Source: a virus (taxonomy: Duplodnaviria > Heunggongvirae > Uroviricota > Caudoviricetes). Taken from it: 64,000 nucleotides of DNA. Within the stretch, counting starts at the first letter, position 1. Every line of letters starts with the position of its first letter. The position numbers and the translations under genes were made by a program. The stretch is from IMG/VR virus record IMGVR_UViG_3300032103_000073. One strand, given 5' to 3'. This document shows positions 18,029-28,371 of the stretch, in pieces. The notes beneath the pieces are model-generated. The model was not told the origin of the DNA and did not search any database. It saw nothing but the letters and a program-made list of their open reading frames with translations.

Positions 18029-18783
18029 AAAAACTTTTAATAGCTCTTTTGCTCTTGCCTGCACTATCATGGGCTACTGCCAGCTATGGGGTATTTGATT
18101 TTGCCTCAGTAGAATACCAACACAGCAAGAACACAGACGAAGTTCGTAGCATTGCTAGCATTACAAAACTATTCACCGCGCAAACAGTATTAGACAGCGG
18201 CGTTGATTTAAGAGAATTGGTTCAAGTTAGGGGTAAAGCTACAGGCAGATTTGCCCGGGGCACTTTAATATCTCGTTATGAACTACTTCGCGCCATGTTG
18301 ATGAGCAGCGACAACTTGGCGGCAGAAACGCTAGCTCATGCCCATCCTGGTGGTTTTGAACGGTTTATACAAGACGTCAATACACGAGTCGGCGATATGG
18401 CACTTAAGAATACTGTAATTGTAGACAGCACTGGTTTACTACCTGGCAATAAAAGTACAGTTGACGACCTTCGTGATTTCTTGTTCACTTTACGTAAATA
18501 TATGTTGATACAGGCGTTAAGCGTAGAGAAAACTTATAGCACAGAATACCGCAGAGGTGCAAAGATAGTTAAAGTAAATTTAAAAAACACCAACCCGCAG
18601 ATGTGGTCATATGATAATATTGTTCTCACTAAAACGGGATTTACTAATCCAGCAGGTCGGTGTTTGGCTATGCTAGTTGAAAAAGATGGCGGTTTGTTTG
18701 CTGTGGTTAGTCTAGGGAATTTATCGGTGCAAGAACGATCGAAGAATATCGCCAACTTAATGAATGAAATAGGTAGTAAGTAA
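18025..18783 (+). CDS. secreted D-alanyl-D-alanine endopeptidase/PBP-like serine hydrolase
   Basis: signal peptide MKKLLIALLLLPALSWA; SxxK (SITK), SxN (SSDN) and KTG motifs. Confidence 0.65.
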   Translation: MKKLLIALLLLPALSWATASYGVFDFASVEYQHSKNTDEVRSIASITKLFTAQTVLDSGVDLRELVQVRGKATGRFARGTLISRYELLRAMLMSSDNLAAETLAHAHPGGFERFIQDVNTRVGDMALKNTVIVDSTGLLPGNKSTVDDLRDFLFTLRKYMLIQALSVEKTYSTEYRRGAKIVKVNLKNTNPQMWSYDNIVLTKTGFTNPAGRCLAMLVEKDGGLFAVVSLGNLSVQERSKNIANLMNEIGSK

Positions 18784-19301
18784 TGCAATATTATAAAGCA
18801 GTAGAATTTGATAATTTAGAAATTATACAGAAAAAGGTATTTGATCTTTTTCCGAAAGATGACTTTGAAAAGAATAAGTTATTTTATATAGATGATAATT
18901 TAAACAGTTTTCTTTCTATTCCCGAGTTAAAGGATAACTTAATTAGATTAGGATTATTAGACCATGTTATGGGTTTTGGCTTTTATGTGACAACAAAGCC
19001 CAATCCAATTCATACAGATAATACTGCTTATGATTATAGTTTGAATATTCCTATAGTTGGCTGCGAAAATACGTTTGTGGAGTTTTATGAATCTACTAGC
19101 GAGCCGATTAAGCTGCAATTATATACTGGTGTAATTTATTATCATTATAAACAACAATCCTGCACACTAAAAGATAAACTTGAACTAACAAGTCCGCATA
19201 TTATAAAAGTAAATGTGCCGCATGCAGTTATAAACAATAACAGTTCGCAACGAATCACCCTGTTGATCAGACTGAAAAAAACAGTCGGCGAAATATTTTG
19301 A
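18783..19301 (+). CDS. Fe(II)/2OG dioxygenase-like paralog
   Basis: IHTDN...YSLNIPIVGCENTFVEF...VPHAVIN (HxD...H); paralog of the 53041(-) ORF. Confidence 0.45.
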   Translation: MQYYKAVEFDNLEIIQKKVFDLFPKDDFEKNKLFYIDDNLNSFLSIPELKDNLIRLGLLDHVMGFGFYVTTKPNPIHTDNTAYDYSLNIPIVGCENTFVEFYESTSEPIKLQLYTGVIYYHYKQQSCTLKDKLELTSPHIIKVNVPHAVINNNSSQRITLLIRLKKTVGEIF

Positions 19302-19327
19302 CACAAATTGACGTCTACGTTATAATA
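19299..19327 (+). promoter_or_regulatory. conserved early promoter plus UTR cassette
   Basis: TTGACA-N17-TATAAT and the UTR before ATG 19359. Confidence 0.75.
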
Positions 19328-19358
19328 GATACATAGCGTAAACAAACAGGAGCAGACG

Positions 19359-19538
19359 ATGACTGTAGCAGAATTGATTGCTAAACTTCAGCAGTGTGAT
19401 CCTAACTTGCCTGTCAGCGTCAATGACGAAGCCAATGGCAATTTTATCGAAGACATTGATGCCGTATTTTTCTGTCCCGAAGATAAAGAATATGGCGATC
19501 GAGCTTGTGTCACACTAGTAGTCAATGAGGTAAACTAA
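19359..19538 (+). CDS. hypothetical small protein (59 aa)
   Basis: ORF after the UTR cassette, not in the track. Confidence 0.4.
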   Translation: MTVAELIAKLQQCDPNLPVSVNDEANGNFIEDIDAVFFCPEDKEYGDRACVTLVVNEVN

Positions 19539-19539
19539 A

Positions 19540-19737
19540 ATGGGTTATCGTGTTATGAATTCTGTTGACAATATGCGTGAGCGTTTTGGGGCACGGGCAG
19601 GACTCGAAGGTCCTTTTAACTACGATGGTCGCGTTCTTTACTACGATCCAAAAGAAGGTCAGTACTACGATCCTACTACAGACTTCTACATCGAAAACGA
19701 TGAGCTGGCTGTAATTATGAAGATGTCCGATGTCTAA
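19540..19737 (+). CDS. hypothetical protein
   Basis: ORF. Confidence 0.4.
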   Translation: MGYRVMNSVDNMRERFGARAGLEGPFNYDGRVLYYDPKEGQYYDPTTDFYIENDELAVIMKMSDV

Positions 19738-19978
19738 AGAAAACCGCAGTTGGCAATTTAACCTTGCCTTTTGGACTATTACCTTGCCAGTTGTGCCGTT
19801 TGCGGTGCTACTGGTGATTATGGTCATGATCAATCCGTTTTGGTTCAGGGAAGATTTTGCCGGCTGGGCAGAAACAACTGTAAACCGTTTTAGTGAATGG
19901 CGTTTTAAAATCTTAAAACCTTTGTATTACCGAGACAACTTCTTTGACATTCTTAAAAACCCCGAGGATCTAAAATGA
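19730..19978 (+). CDS. hypothetical membrane protein
   Basis: hydrophobic TM segment. Confidence 0.4.
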   Translation: MSKENRSWQFNLAFWTITLPVVPFAVLLVIMVMINPFWFREDFAGWAETTVNRFSEWRFKILKPLYYRDNFFDILKNPEDLK

Positions 19979-20145
19979 GCGTTATGAGTGAACTGCACAT
20001 GGATATCGTTGACATGTTGGCCGCAGGCGACCGGCCGATTAAGATTGCAACCCTGCTGGACATTCCTGTTAGCATTGTTTACGATGTCTTGGAAGATATG
20101 GAAGCTACAGAAGAATACAGCCCGTTTGAAACAGTCAATTCTTAA
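19975..20145 (+). CDS. hypothetical small protein with HTH-like segment
   Basis: 56-aa ORF, ATGA-coupled. Confidence 0.3.
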   Translation: MSVMSELHMDIVDMLAAGDRPIKIATLLDIPVSIVYDVLEDMEATEEYSPFETVNS

Positions 20146-20146
20146 A

Positions 20147-20175
20147 TTGGCACAAATTGGTTTTGGTGCTATAAT
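20147..20175 (+). promoter_or_regulatory. conserved early promoter plus UTR cassette
   Basis: TTGGCA-N17-TATAAT and the UTR before ATG 20208. Confidence 0.75.
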
Positions 20176-20207
20176 TGATACATAGCGTAAACAAACAGGA
20201 GTTAAAG

Positions 20208-20546
20208 ATGACTGCAAAACTGCTCAAGCGTTTCCAAAACCAAGCGGAATCTTGCCAAGCCAGCTTGGATAAGTTTGCCGCAGAATTTGCCAAGGATCCT
20301 GCTTATGCATTGAGTTGGGGCACTGGCGCATTTGAAAAGGCTGCTCGTCTGCGAGTGCTCAAGCAAATTGTCGCCGCCCTAGAAGACGGCACTGCTACAG
20401 TAGACAACATTCGTTCTACTATGATGGACCGTGTTCTGCACAAGAGCAAGTATCCTGCACAAAGCACTAGCCCTACGAGCAACCTGATTGAACAGTACGA
20501 ACTGGCAGCTTGCGCCGATATTTTGTCTGATTTGCAATACGTTTAA
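20208..20546 (+). CDS. hypothetical protein
   Basis: ORF. Confidence 0.5.
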   Translation: MTAKLLKRFQNQAESCQASLDKFAAEFAKDPAYALSWGTGAFEKAARLRVLKQIVAALEDGTATVDNIRSTMMDRVLHKSKYPAQSTSPTSNLIEQYELAACADILSDLQYV

Positions 20547-20556
20547 GGAGTCAAGA

Positions 20557-20883
20557 ATGAGCTATTCTAATCTGCCCGCCAGTGTTGTTATCCGTGCCTG
20601 TGAAGGTTACCTGCAAGCTCGCGAGGCTCGCATCCAGCGCGAATGTGAACAGGAAATCGTCCGATGGACAGGCGCTAAACTTTGGCGATGGAGTCGTCCC
20701 ATGACCCGTGAGCAGGCCCAAGACTTCTGTTCAGAAGAATTGAGCATAATCCGGATCGCCGGCGGGCGATGGGCTCGTGATATTGCAGACCTGTTGAGCT
20801 TGGCAAGGTTGTCACAAAAACGCAACGCCTTGGTCGCAGTTAAGGCAGACCTTGCCCCCTTGTTGGAACCGCACTTTAACTGA
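20557..20883 (+). CDS. hypothetical protein
   Basis: SD GGAG before ATG 20557. Confidence 0.5.
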   Translation: MSYSNLPASVVIRACEGYLQAREARIQRECEQEIVRWTGAKLWRWSRPMTREQAQDFCSEELSIIRIAGGRWARDIADLLSLARLSQKRNALVAVKADLAPLLEPHFN

Positions 20884-20905
20884 TTATTAACTAACTGGTA
20901 TTAAA

Positions 20906-21115
20906 ATGAAACAAGCATTAACAAAAGAACAAATCATTGCTTTATTTTGCAAGGATATGGAACAGCCAATTATCCAAATGGCATTGTATCGATCTTTTAA
21001 AAGATATGCCGAATTGAGAGACAAATTAGCATCGGACTACGAGTCTATTACAAAAATTCCTGCCAATGAATTTACAAGTGCCTATGCATTGTATTCCTTT
21101 AATAAGGTTAATTGA
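20906..21115 (+). CDS. hypothetical protein
   Basis: ORF. Confidence 0.4.
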   Translation: MKQALTKEQIIALFCKDMEQPIIQMALYRSFKRYAELRDKLASDYESITKIPANEFTSAYALYSFNKVN

Positions 21116-21140
21116 CACAAATTGGTTTTGGTAATATAAT
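21112..21140 (+). promoter_or_regulatory. conserved early promoter
   Basis: TTGACA-N17-TATAAT and a UTR variant before ATG 21171. Confidence 0.7.
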
Positions 21141-21170
21141 ACTTGTATCGTAAACAAAACGGAGCAGAAA

Positions 21171-21446
21171 ATGGCTACTATTCAAGAAATCAATTCCTTG
21201 ATTATGTTTGGTGATTTTAATAACGAACAGTTGACGTCGATTATTGATGCAATCAAATTTCGTCGCGCACAGATGACCCGGGATGCTAAACGTTCGTTTA
21301 CAGTTGGTAGTGATGTTAAGTTTTTTAGTACCAAACGCGGTATCACAGTGTCGGGTCGAGTGACAAAGGTAGCTATTAAATATATTACTGTTAGCACCGC
21401 ACAGGGCCTGTGGCGAGTTCCTGCTAACATGCTCGAAGCCGCTTAA
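21171..21446 (+). CDS. hypothetical protein
   Basis: ORF. Confidence 0.5.
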   Translation: MATIQEINSLIMFGDFNNEQLTSIIDAIKFRRAQMTRDAKRSFTVGSDVKFFSTKRGITVSGRVTKVAIKYITVSTAQGLWRVPANMLEAA

Positions 21447-21475
21447 TTGACACGAATTGGTTTTGGCGTTATAAT
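21447..21475 (+). promoter_or_regulatory. conserved early promoter plus UTR cassette
   Basis: TTGACA-N17-TATAAT and the UTR before ATG 21508. Confidence 0.75.
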
Positions 21476-21507
21476 TGATACATAGCGTAAACAAACAGGA
21501 GTTAGAA

Positions 21508-21795
21508 ATGAGCAAGAAAGATTGGACCGTTGCAGTTTACAAAGCTGACAAGCGTTGCAAAGCTGGCGAGCGTTTTGTTGCTAAGTATCCTTTTAACGGT
21601 ATGGACCGTGAGGCTGTTGAGCGCGAACTGCGCGAACTCACTGCTCAACTGTATCCTAAAAAGGACGGCTGGCGATTTGATGTGCAAGAGCGTTATATGA
21701 CGGTCAAGAACCTGATGATTGGCAAGGATGTGCAGATTGAAGCCGACACTCCTTGGTGTTGCAATCCTGCTAGCGAAACCTACTGGTCAATGTGA
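21508..21795 (+). CDS. hypothetical protein
   Basis: ORF. Confidence 0.5.
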   Translation: MSKKDWTVAVYKADKRCKAGERFVAKYPFNGMDREAVERELRELTAQLYPKKDGWRFDVQERYMTVKNLMIGKDVQIEADTPWCCNPASETYWSM

Positions 21796-22011
21796 TGCAT
21801 ACGTTTGTTTTTACCTATAAACAAGTAGTGCAAATCACAGTGCAAGCAGATGATGAACCGTCTGCACGCCAGGAATTACAAAACAAAATAGATGCTGCCG
21901 AAACCTGGGGCATCCAAGTCCCGCGCAGTCATATCATATACGAACTGTTTACGTCCTATTGAATTGACTTGTTATTTTTAATCTGTTAAACTAATTTTTT
22001 AAGGAGACCTT

Positions 22012-23046
22012 ATGAAGGCATCTAAATTTATTTCTGCTGTTGTAGTTGCATCCGCATTGGTTGCCGCAGTAGCTGAAGCTGGTAGTATCGGACGAAGCGG
22101 CAGCGGGTCTAGTTCAAGCTCAAGCTCAAGCCGTTCTAGTTCTAGTGTAAGCAAACCGTCTTACTCTGCTCCATCAAAGCAGGCAGTGGCTCCTGCTCCG
22201 AGCCATCCTGGCGGTATCGGTGGCACAACATCTAGCGTAGGTGTTCGTAAAAGCGAAGTGACTAACGGCGTCCGAAACGATGTAGCTGTTAGCAAAGGTG
22301 CAACTACTGGCACCTCAGGCACACATTCTACGCCTAGCACTAGTCCGCAGTATGCACCTGCACCGCAATACGGTTATCAACAGCCGCCAGCGCCTACAGT
22401 AGGCGGTGGATGGGCTGCTCCGTTCCTAGGCGCTATGGGCGGCACACTAGTAGGTAATGCACTGTTTGGCAATCACGGACACAGTGGCGGTACTACAGTA
22501 ATCAATAACGGCACTCCTGGAAGTTCGTCCGGTGGTGTTGTGGCAAGTGGTCCTGGTGCAGTTGCCGGTGATGCACAATTTAACCCGGGCGGCGTAGCTG
22601 CTCAACCTAAAAAGGAGTATACCGTGTGGAGTTTTATCGCTGATGTATTTGGTTTCGTAATTGTAGTTGCCCTGCTTCTTGGTGTTGCTTGGCTGTTCTA
22701 CAAAGGCTTTCAACTGGTTCGCAATTTTATCAACAAGGAGCGCGGCGTGAGTTCACAACCTTTTAACCCTACCCAACAATTTTGGCGTATTCAACGAGCA
22801 TTTGCAGAAGCAGATGTGACTGAACTTAAGGTACTGCTGGGTCCGGATGTTGTATATGAACTGACTAATGGCTTGACTCCTAGCACCATTACATTGTCTA
22901 ATGTAAGTCACGAAGTGCGGCTTGCTAACAACACTGAGTTCAGTATTTGGTACAAGTTCGAAGACAACGAATCTGAGATCAACCAAGTGTGGCATTTCGA
23001 GAAGTTCGGCAAAGATTGGAAGCTGAACGGTATCGAAAACGTGTAA
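22012..23046 (+). CDS. secreted/membrane protein with Ser/Gly-rich low-complexity region and a C-terminal globular domain
   Basis: signal peptide, poly-S tract, one TM helix (FVIVVALLLGVAWLF). Confidence 0.6.
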   Translation: MKASKFISAVVVASALVAAVAEAGSIGRSGSGSSSSSSSSRSSSSVSKPSYSAPSKQAVAPAPSHPGGIGGTTSSVGVRKSEVTNGVRNDVAVSKGATTGTSGTHSTPSTSPQYAPAPQYGYQQPPAPTVGGGWAAPFLGAMGGTLVGNALFGNHGHSGGTTVINNGTPGSSSGGVVASGPGAVAGDAQFNPGGVAAQPKKEYTVWSFIADVFGFVIVVALLLGVAWLFYKGFQLVRNFINKERGVSSQPFNPTQQFWRIQRAFAEADVTELKVLLGPDVVYELTNGLTPSTITLSNVSHEVRLANNTEFSIWYKFEDNESEINQVWHFEKFGKDWKLNGIENV

Positions 23047-23062
23047 TACACTAGTATTAAAA

Positions 23063-23086
23063 CCCGCCCAGGCGGGTTTTTTGTTT
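23063..23086 (+). terminator. rho-independent terminator
   Basis: cccgcccaggcggg stem followed by a T6 run. Confidence 0.8.
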
Positions 23087-23088
23087 AG

Positions 23089-23117
23089 TTGACACAAATT
23101 GGTGCTTGCGTTATAAT
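23089..23117 (+). promoter_or_regulatory. conserved early promoter plus UTR cassette
   Basis: TTGACA-N17-TATAAT and the UTR before ATG 23149. Confidence 0.75.
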
Positions 23118-23148
23118 ACATACATAGCGTAAACAAACAGGAGTTGAT

Positions 23149-23475
23149 ATGCGTACAGTAAATCTGGATACTAAAGAAGCTACTAACAAGTGGTGGGCAG
23201 TGCAGGATCGCCGTATGCGCAATATTGCAAACCAAAGTTTGTATACGCAGGCTCAACAAGTGCGAATGGACCGTATTAAACTAGCACTCGAGTTAGTTGT
23301 TTCAGGCCAAGTATTTGAAGTAAATTATGGCAAACGCGGTGCTAGCGTTAAGATTGCAGTAGGGTTTAACATTAAGGATCGTAAAGGTCTACGCCAACTG
23401 GAAAATGATTGGGCACAAGAAGGCATTTTTCGTAAAGAAACAGCACAAGGCACCCTTTACTTCATGCCCCGATAA
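23149..23475 (+). CDS. hypothetical protein
   Basis: ORF. Confidence 0.5.
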   Translation: MRTVNLDTKEATNKWWAVQDRRMRNIANQSLYTQAQQVRMDRIKLALELVVSGQVFEVNYGKRGASVKIAVGFNIKDRKGLRQLENDWAQEGIFRKETAQGTLYFMPR

Positions 23476-23504
23476 TTGACACAAAATCCAATCTGCGTTA
23501 TAAT
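23476..23504 (+). promoter_or_regulatory. conserved early promoter plus UTR cassette
   Basis: TTGACA-N17-TATAAT and the UTR before ATG 23537. Confidence 0.75.
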
Positions 23505-23536
23505 ACATACATAGCGTAAACAAACAGGAGTTAGAG

Positions 23537-23782
23537 ATGACTACACTTAAAGTTGGCGATTTCGTTAAATCCCTGGATTTCAATGGCATTGACGATTGCT
23601 ATATGGAAGGCCAAGTTGTTAGCATTTCCCAGCAGTTTGGTGACTTCCGAGCTCGTTTTACTCGCCGTGTTTGGCAAGGTAAAGTCGACAAGAAGTTCAA
23701 GACAGATTTCTTCACTGCTCCTATGCAAGGCAACATGTTTATGGATCGCGCTGATTCTCCTCGTGTTATTGTTGTCGCTTAA
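23537..23782 (+). CDS. hypothetical small protein (KOW/SH3-like paralog group)
   Basis: ORF. Confidence 0.45.
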   Translation: MTTLKVGDFVKSLDFNGIDDCYMEGQVVSISQQFGDFRARFTRRVWQGKVDKKFKTDFFTAPMQGNMFMDRADSPRVIVVA

Positions 23783-23791
23783 GGACTCGAT

Positions 23792-24284
23792 CATGCAAAA
23801 TAATGTTATCGTGACAGCTGAAGAATTTAAGAGCATTCACAATGCTGTCTGTGATATTGACAACGTTGTCTGTCGCTTGGAAGGTGTCTTAAACCCAGAA
23901 TTGTTTTCTACTCTGTCTAAAGCTCGTGACAGTATTCGACTTGGCTTGCAAGGTGCGTATAAACAAGAAGACAATGATTTGGAAGCAAAAAGCGAACACT
24001 ACAGCCAAGTGCAATACGATTTGTTGCTGGCTGCCATCTGGAGTATCTACGAAGTAAAGAACCTCAGTGCTCGTCATCCTTTCCTTGGTGCCACTAAAGT
24101 GCATTACAAAGATCACTGGGGCAAGCCTGTCACTAAAGACATTGTTGGTGCAACCTGGGCCGCTTTGTATGTTGCAGGCGATGCATGCATTAGAGCTAGC
24201 GGTGACAATCATCACGTTTTTATCGAGCAGTTTGAACCTAGTAAAGAAGACGCTAGTGTGTTGATCATGCAAACAGGAAGTTGA
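23792..24284 (+). CDS. hypothetical protein
   Basis: probable start at ATG 23792 (track frame begins at 23553 and overlaps the previous gene). Confidence 0.45.
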
Positions 24285-24285
24285 T

Positions 24286-24990
24286 ATGGATAGTAATGAC
24301 AAAGGCTTTTTCGGAACAGTGTTGGCTATGTTGGCATTGTTTATGGGCTACCCTGTAGCGGCATTTTTTATTTTTCTAGTTGCAGTCTATTAAGGAGACA
24401 TTATGTTTGAAGTTTGGGATGGAGATTTGTTTCTGTTTACGTGTGAAGCATGTGAAGCAGACCTTTATGAAGAACAAGGCTTTACTGTTCGGATGCAGGA
24501 GGCAGCATAATGTCTACACTGCGAGAATTGATGATCGAGTATATTCTGTTTGCCTTTAGCGACGAAGAACTCATGGAAAAGTTTATGATTGCAGAACACG
24601 AGCTGAAAGAGATTTCGGACGAAGATTTGCTAGAAGTTTATGATCAAACCCTACTCACTCCCATAAAGGAATAATCATGGAAAGTAAATGGTTGGCTATT
24701 ATGATGATTGGCACTATGGCTGCGGGCATGACAGCCGTTGCAGTTGAATCGTATAACGAGAGTCAATGTAAATTGGCCTATGTGCAGTCTACAAAGACTG
24801 CTGAAGAAATCAACAAAATTTGTAAGTGAGAAATAATATGGACAAGTACGAACAAATCACCAAGCTGGCGGAAGCCGCCGCATTGATTCAAGAAGTTATC
24901 AATTCAGGCGACTGCCCGCTTACTTTTGAGCTTGAAGAAGTCAACGTAACAATTGCCGATTTGGCAGACGAAATTGAAGGAGTAGAATAA
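24286..24990 (+). other. cluster of five micro-ORFs (about 35-54 aa each), ATGA-coupled
   Basis: ATG ORFs at 24286, 24403, 24510, 24677 and 24838, all below the track cutoff. Confidence 0.35.
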
Positions 24991-25427
24991 TGGGACTGGA
25001 TATGTATCTGAATGCCAAGCGTCACCTTTGGTATAATGAAACGGACTTGGCAGAAAAAATTGGCAAAGAGTTCCCCGAGATCGGTGCCGCCAAAATTAAG
25101 TCAATTACCGCAGAAGCCATCTACTGGCGCAAGTCAAACGCAATCCATAAATGGTTCGTAGACAATGTACAAGGTGGTAACGACGACTGTGGTTATTACG
25201 ATGTTAGCCGGGAAGATCTAGAAAAGCTTCTGGCTGTAATCGAAGAAGTGTTGGAGGATCATACAAAAGCTGCAACATTGCTTTGTCCACAAGCAGGCTT
25301 CTTCTTTGGTAGCAAAGACATCGACGAATGGTATTGGCAAGATCTCGAGAATACTCGAGATCGGCTCACTAAACTGCTAGCACAAGAAATGCCTAATTGG
25401 TGGTTTGAATATCATTCTAGCTGGTAA
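24990..25427 (+). CDS. hypothetical protein
   Basis: ORF. Confidence 0.5.
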   Translation: MGLDMYLNAKRHLWYNETDLAEKIGKEFPEIGAAKIKSITAEAIYWRKSNAIHKWFVDNVQGGNDDCGYYDVSREDLEKLLAVIEEVLEDHTKAATLLCPQAGFFFGSKDIDEWYWQDLENTRDRLTKLLAQEMPNWWFEYHSSW

Positions 25428-25623
25428 CCAAATTATGACAACCAAAATTAAATACAGCTATCATGCTCAAATTCTTTTTTCCAAAACAACCGGTCCAAGC
25501 CGATACACCTCATACTGAATATCAGGACCCTTATCTTGAGCAAGTTGCTGATCAACTTCGCTTGCTCGTAGAACAAAACACTGTTAAAATTACACAATCA
25601 CAACAAACTGAAAAGGAAGTAGA

Positions 25624-26241
25624 ATGAGTTTAGTCCCAATGGTGCTCGAGCGTACAGGCAACAGCGAACGAGCAATGGATTTGTATAGCCGATTGATGCG
25701 TGACCGCATTATCTTGCTAGAAGGCGAAGTAGAAGATCGCATGGCTAACCTAATCGTAGCCCAGCTACTGTTTTTGGAAAGCGAAGATCCTGACCGCGAT
25801 ATCACTATGTTTATCAACAGCCCAGGTGGCAGTGTAAGTGCAGGACTTGCAATCTACGACACTATGAACTTTATCCGCCCCGATGTTGCAACTTATGTAG
25901 TTGGGCAAGCATGTAGCATGGGTTCGTTCCTTGCGCAAGCAGGAGCCAAAGGCAAGCGTTTTGTTCTACCCGAAGCTCGTACAATGATTCACCGGGTTAG
26001 TTCGGGCACTCGTGGTACCAGCGGAAGTGTGCATGTCCAGGACTTGCAGTTTGAAGATGCTCGTCGAAGCTTCGAGGAAAGTAAACGCATCAATGAACGT
26101 CTAACTCAACTTTACGTTAAACATAACACTGCTGGAAAAGGCTACGATGAATTGTTTAACGACATGAAGTTTGACACCTTCTTGAGCAGTCGAGAAGCAG
26201 TGGCATATGGTTTGGCTGATCAAGTTATTGAAAAACGATGA
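25624..26241 (+). CDS. clpP: ClpP-like serine protease subunit
   Basis: [15 protein letters not shown]......[10 protein letters not shown]...[10 protein letters not shown] matches the ClpP core with a Ser/His/Asp triad. Confidence 0.85.
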   Translation: MSLVPMVLERTGNSERAMDLYSRLMRDRIILLEGEVEDRMANLIVAQLLFLESEDPDRDITMFINSPGGSVSAGLAIYDTMNFIRPDVATYVVGQACSMGSFLAQAGAKGKRFVLPEARTMIHRVSSGTRGTSGSVHVQDLQFEDARRSFEESKRINERLTQLYVKHNTAGKGYDELFNDMKFDTFLSSREAVAYGLADQVIEKR

Positions 26242-26567
26242 ACGAACTACTTAGCCTTCTTTGGGGTTTTATTGTTGGTGCAGCTATTGCATGGCTGATC
26301 CTAAAACTGGTTGCTGGATACCTTCGTGCAAAAAACGAAGTACTAAAAAAGGAACTTGAAGTTCTAAACAAGAACCTCAAAGAAAAGTTTATCTCCTGCG
26401 ACATTGAAAAGCACGGTGAAGTATTTTACCTTTTTGAAAAAGAAACCGACAGGTTTATTGCACAAGGTCGTAATATGGATGAACTAAAACAACACTGCGA
26501 TTCTCGTTTTAAAACACAGATCATTGTTGCAGATAACGAGCAATTGGAAAAGTTTGGTTTGAAGTAA
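26238..26567 (+). CDS. hypothetical membrane/coiled-coil protein
   Basis: N-terminal TM helix. Confidence 0.4.
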   Translation: MNELLSLLWGFIVGAAIAWLILKLVAGYLRAKNEVLKKELEVLNKNLKEKFISCDIEKHGEVFYLFEKETDRFIAQGRNMDELKQHCDSRFKTQIIVADNEQLEKFGLK

Positions 26568-26575
26568 TTTGAGTG

Positions 26576-26605
26576 TTGACAGCCCACTTGAATCTTTGTT
26601 ATAAT
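26576..26605 (+). promoter_or_regulatory. sigma70-like promoter (TTGACA-N18-TATAAT)
   Basis: consensus hexamers. Confidence 0.55.
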
Positions 26606-26639
26606 AGGCTGTTGTTTTTAACTTTTAAGGTAAATTAAA

Positions 26640-26816
26640 ATGAGTGGTATGACTTGGACTGTGACTTGCGGCAAATTCCGTAAAACTTTTGTAGATTTCC
26701 AAAGCGCAAAAGCTGAAGCGGAAAAGGAAAGCTGGCTGCAAGATCGAGCTGCTGAGATTAAAACTAATCAAGGCAACGTTAAACGAGTTCGTGTTCGCCA
26801 GCCCTTTAACGTATAA
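26640..26816 (+). CDS. hypothetical small protein (58 aa)
   Basis: ORF not in the track. Confidence 0.35.
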   Translation: MSGMTWTVTCGKFRKTFVDFQSAKAEAEKESWLQDRAAEIKTNQGNVKRVRVRQPFNV

Positions 26817-27037
26817 TGGGCTTTAACAAGCGATGGGACTCGGGCGAAGTTATTCGCCAATTGCGAGCCATGGCATATGAGTGTAGCCATCCAGGAACAG
26901 ATGGCTACACTGGATTTTACATCAAGCAGGATCTATTAAAAATAAAATTCCTGCTTGATGATTTGCTTGAACAGTGCCCGAAGTTTGAGGGCGAAGAAGA
27001 AATTTATCATGCCCGTTTAGTAGACAAATTAAAATGA
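26816..27037 (+). CDS. hypothetical protein
   Basis: ORF. Confidence 0.45.
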   Translation: MGFNKRWDSGEVIRQLRAMAYECSHPGTDGYTGFYIKQDLLKIKFLLDDLLEQCPKFEGEEEIYHARLVDKLK

Positions 27038-27501
27038 CCTATACTGAAAAAGATTACGATGCATTTGTTAAGGATATCGAAACACAGTATCCTGCAATGT
27101 TTTCGCAACGATATGGCGGCATTGCAGTGGGTGCCGGCTGGTGGCCTATTGTTAAGTTGCTATGTGCAAACATCCAAGGCCATATTGATTGGATGAATGA
27201 ACGTCGGGCACTACTACAAAAAGAAAACCCGCATAATCTTGTAATTCCTGAACAAGTGGAGCAGGTAGTAGTTTCGCAAATTAAAGAAAAGTTTGGTGGA
27301 CTGCGTTTCTATTACGATGGCGGCGACACTTATATTCGCGGGTTGGTAACTATGGCGGAAGCCTGGGCTAGCATCGCTTGCGAAGAATGTGGCGCACCTG
27401 GACGAACTCGTGGTGATGGTTGGGTAAAAGTTCTATGCGACGAACATGAAGCTGAACGCACAGCCCGAAGAAACATTGACATAAAATACAATCCTGTATA
27501 A
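27034..27501 (+). CDS. hypothetical protein
   Basis: ORF. Confidence 0.5.
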   Translation: MTYTEKDYDAFVKDIETQYPAMFSQRYGGIAVGAGWWPIVKLLCANIQGHIDWMNERRALLQKENPHNLVIPEQVEQVVVSQIKEKFGGLRFYYDGGDTYIRGLVTMAEAWASIACEECGAPGRTRGDGWVKVLCDEHEAERTARRNIDIKYNPV

Positions 27502-27510
27502 AATAGTAAA

Positions 27511-28362
27511 ATGAAAATTAAAGTTGTATCAGATCTACATTTGGAATTTGGTGACGTCAACATCAAGAATGATGAAAATTGTGACGTGCTGATTCTCTCG
27601 GGTGACATTCTTGTTGCTGAGGATCTCTACGACTATCCCAGTCCTGATCCTTACACACCTGGCGGTATGGCTAACTATGGTCGCCGTATGCAAGCCAGTG
27701 GTCGCTACAATGATTTCTTCAAGCGTGTAAGTTTCCAATTCCCTCACGTGATCTACGTAGCAGGCAATCACGAACTGTATCACGGCAAGTGGGTCAAAAG
27801 CATCAACTATCTGCGTGAGTTTTTTGCACAGCGATTTAGTAATGTTTACTTTCTAGAACGGGACATTAAGACTATCGGTGATGTGACTTTTATTGGCAGT
27901 ACCTTGTGGACTGACATGAACAAGCATGATCCTATTACCTTGCATGCAGTTCGAGACATGATGAACGACTATAGACTTATTCGCAACGACGACAAAGGCT
28001 ACACTGCTCTTAAACCGGCAGACACTGTTATTCGTCATCGCGAAAGTCTTGGCTACATCAAATCAATTGTAGAAGGCATGCACGACGAAAAGTTTGTGGT
28101 TGTAGGACATCACAGCCCAAGTTTCCAAAGTGTACATGAACAGTACAAGAGCCAATACTTGATGAACGGCGCTTATCACAGTAGCTTGGAAGACTTTATC
28201 ATGGATCATCCGCAGATCAAACTGTGGACACATGGACATACCCATCATGTATTTGACTACATGATTGGCGGCACTCGTGTTGTTTGCAACCCTCGTGGTT
28301 ATTGCAACGCAGACTACGTGGAAGAAACCGGTTTCGACCCTAACATGTTTATTGAAATTTAA
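27511..28362 (+). CDS. calcineurin-like metallophosphoesterase
   Basis: DLHLE, GDIL, GNHE and GHTH metal-ligand motifs. Confidence 0.65.
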   Translation: MKIKVVSDLHLEFGDVNIKNDENCDVLILSGDILVAEDLYDYPSPDPYTPGGMANYGRRMQASGRYNDFFKRVSFQFPHVIYVAGNHELYHGKWVKSINYLREFFAQRFSNVYFLERDIKTIGDVTFIGSTLWTDMNKHDPITLHAVRDMMNDYRLIRNDDKGYTALKPADTVIRHRESLGYIKSIVEGMHDEKFVVVGHHSPSFQSVHEQYKSQYLMNGAYHSSLEDFIMDHPQIKLWTHGHTHHVFDYMIGGTRVVCNPRGYCNADYVEETGFDPNMFIEI

Positions 28363-28371
28363 GGAAACAAA

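Noticed and set aside
22080-22160. Short tandem AGCTCAAGC repeats
   Set aside because: They are codon-level repeats encoding a poly-Ser linker inside a gene (low complexity), not a CRISPR array or satellite repeat.
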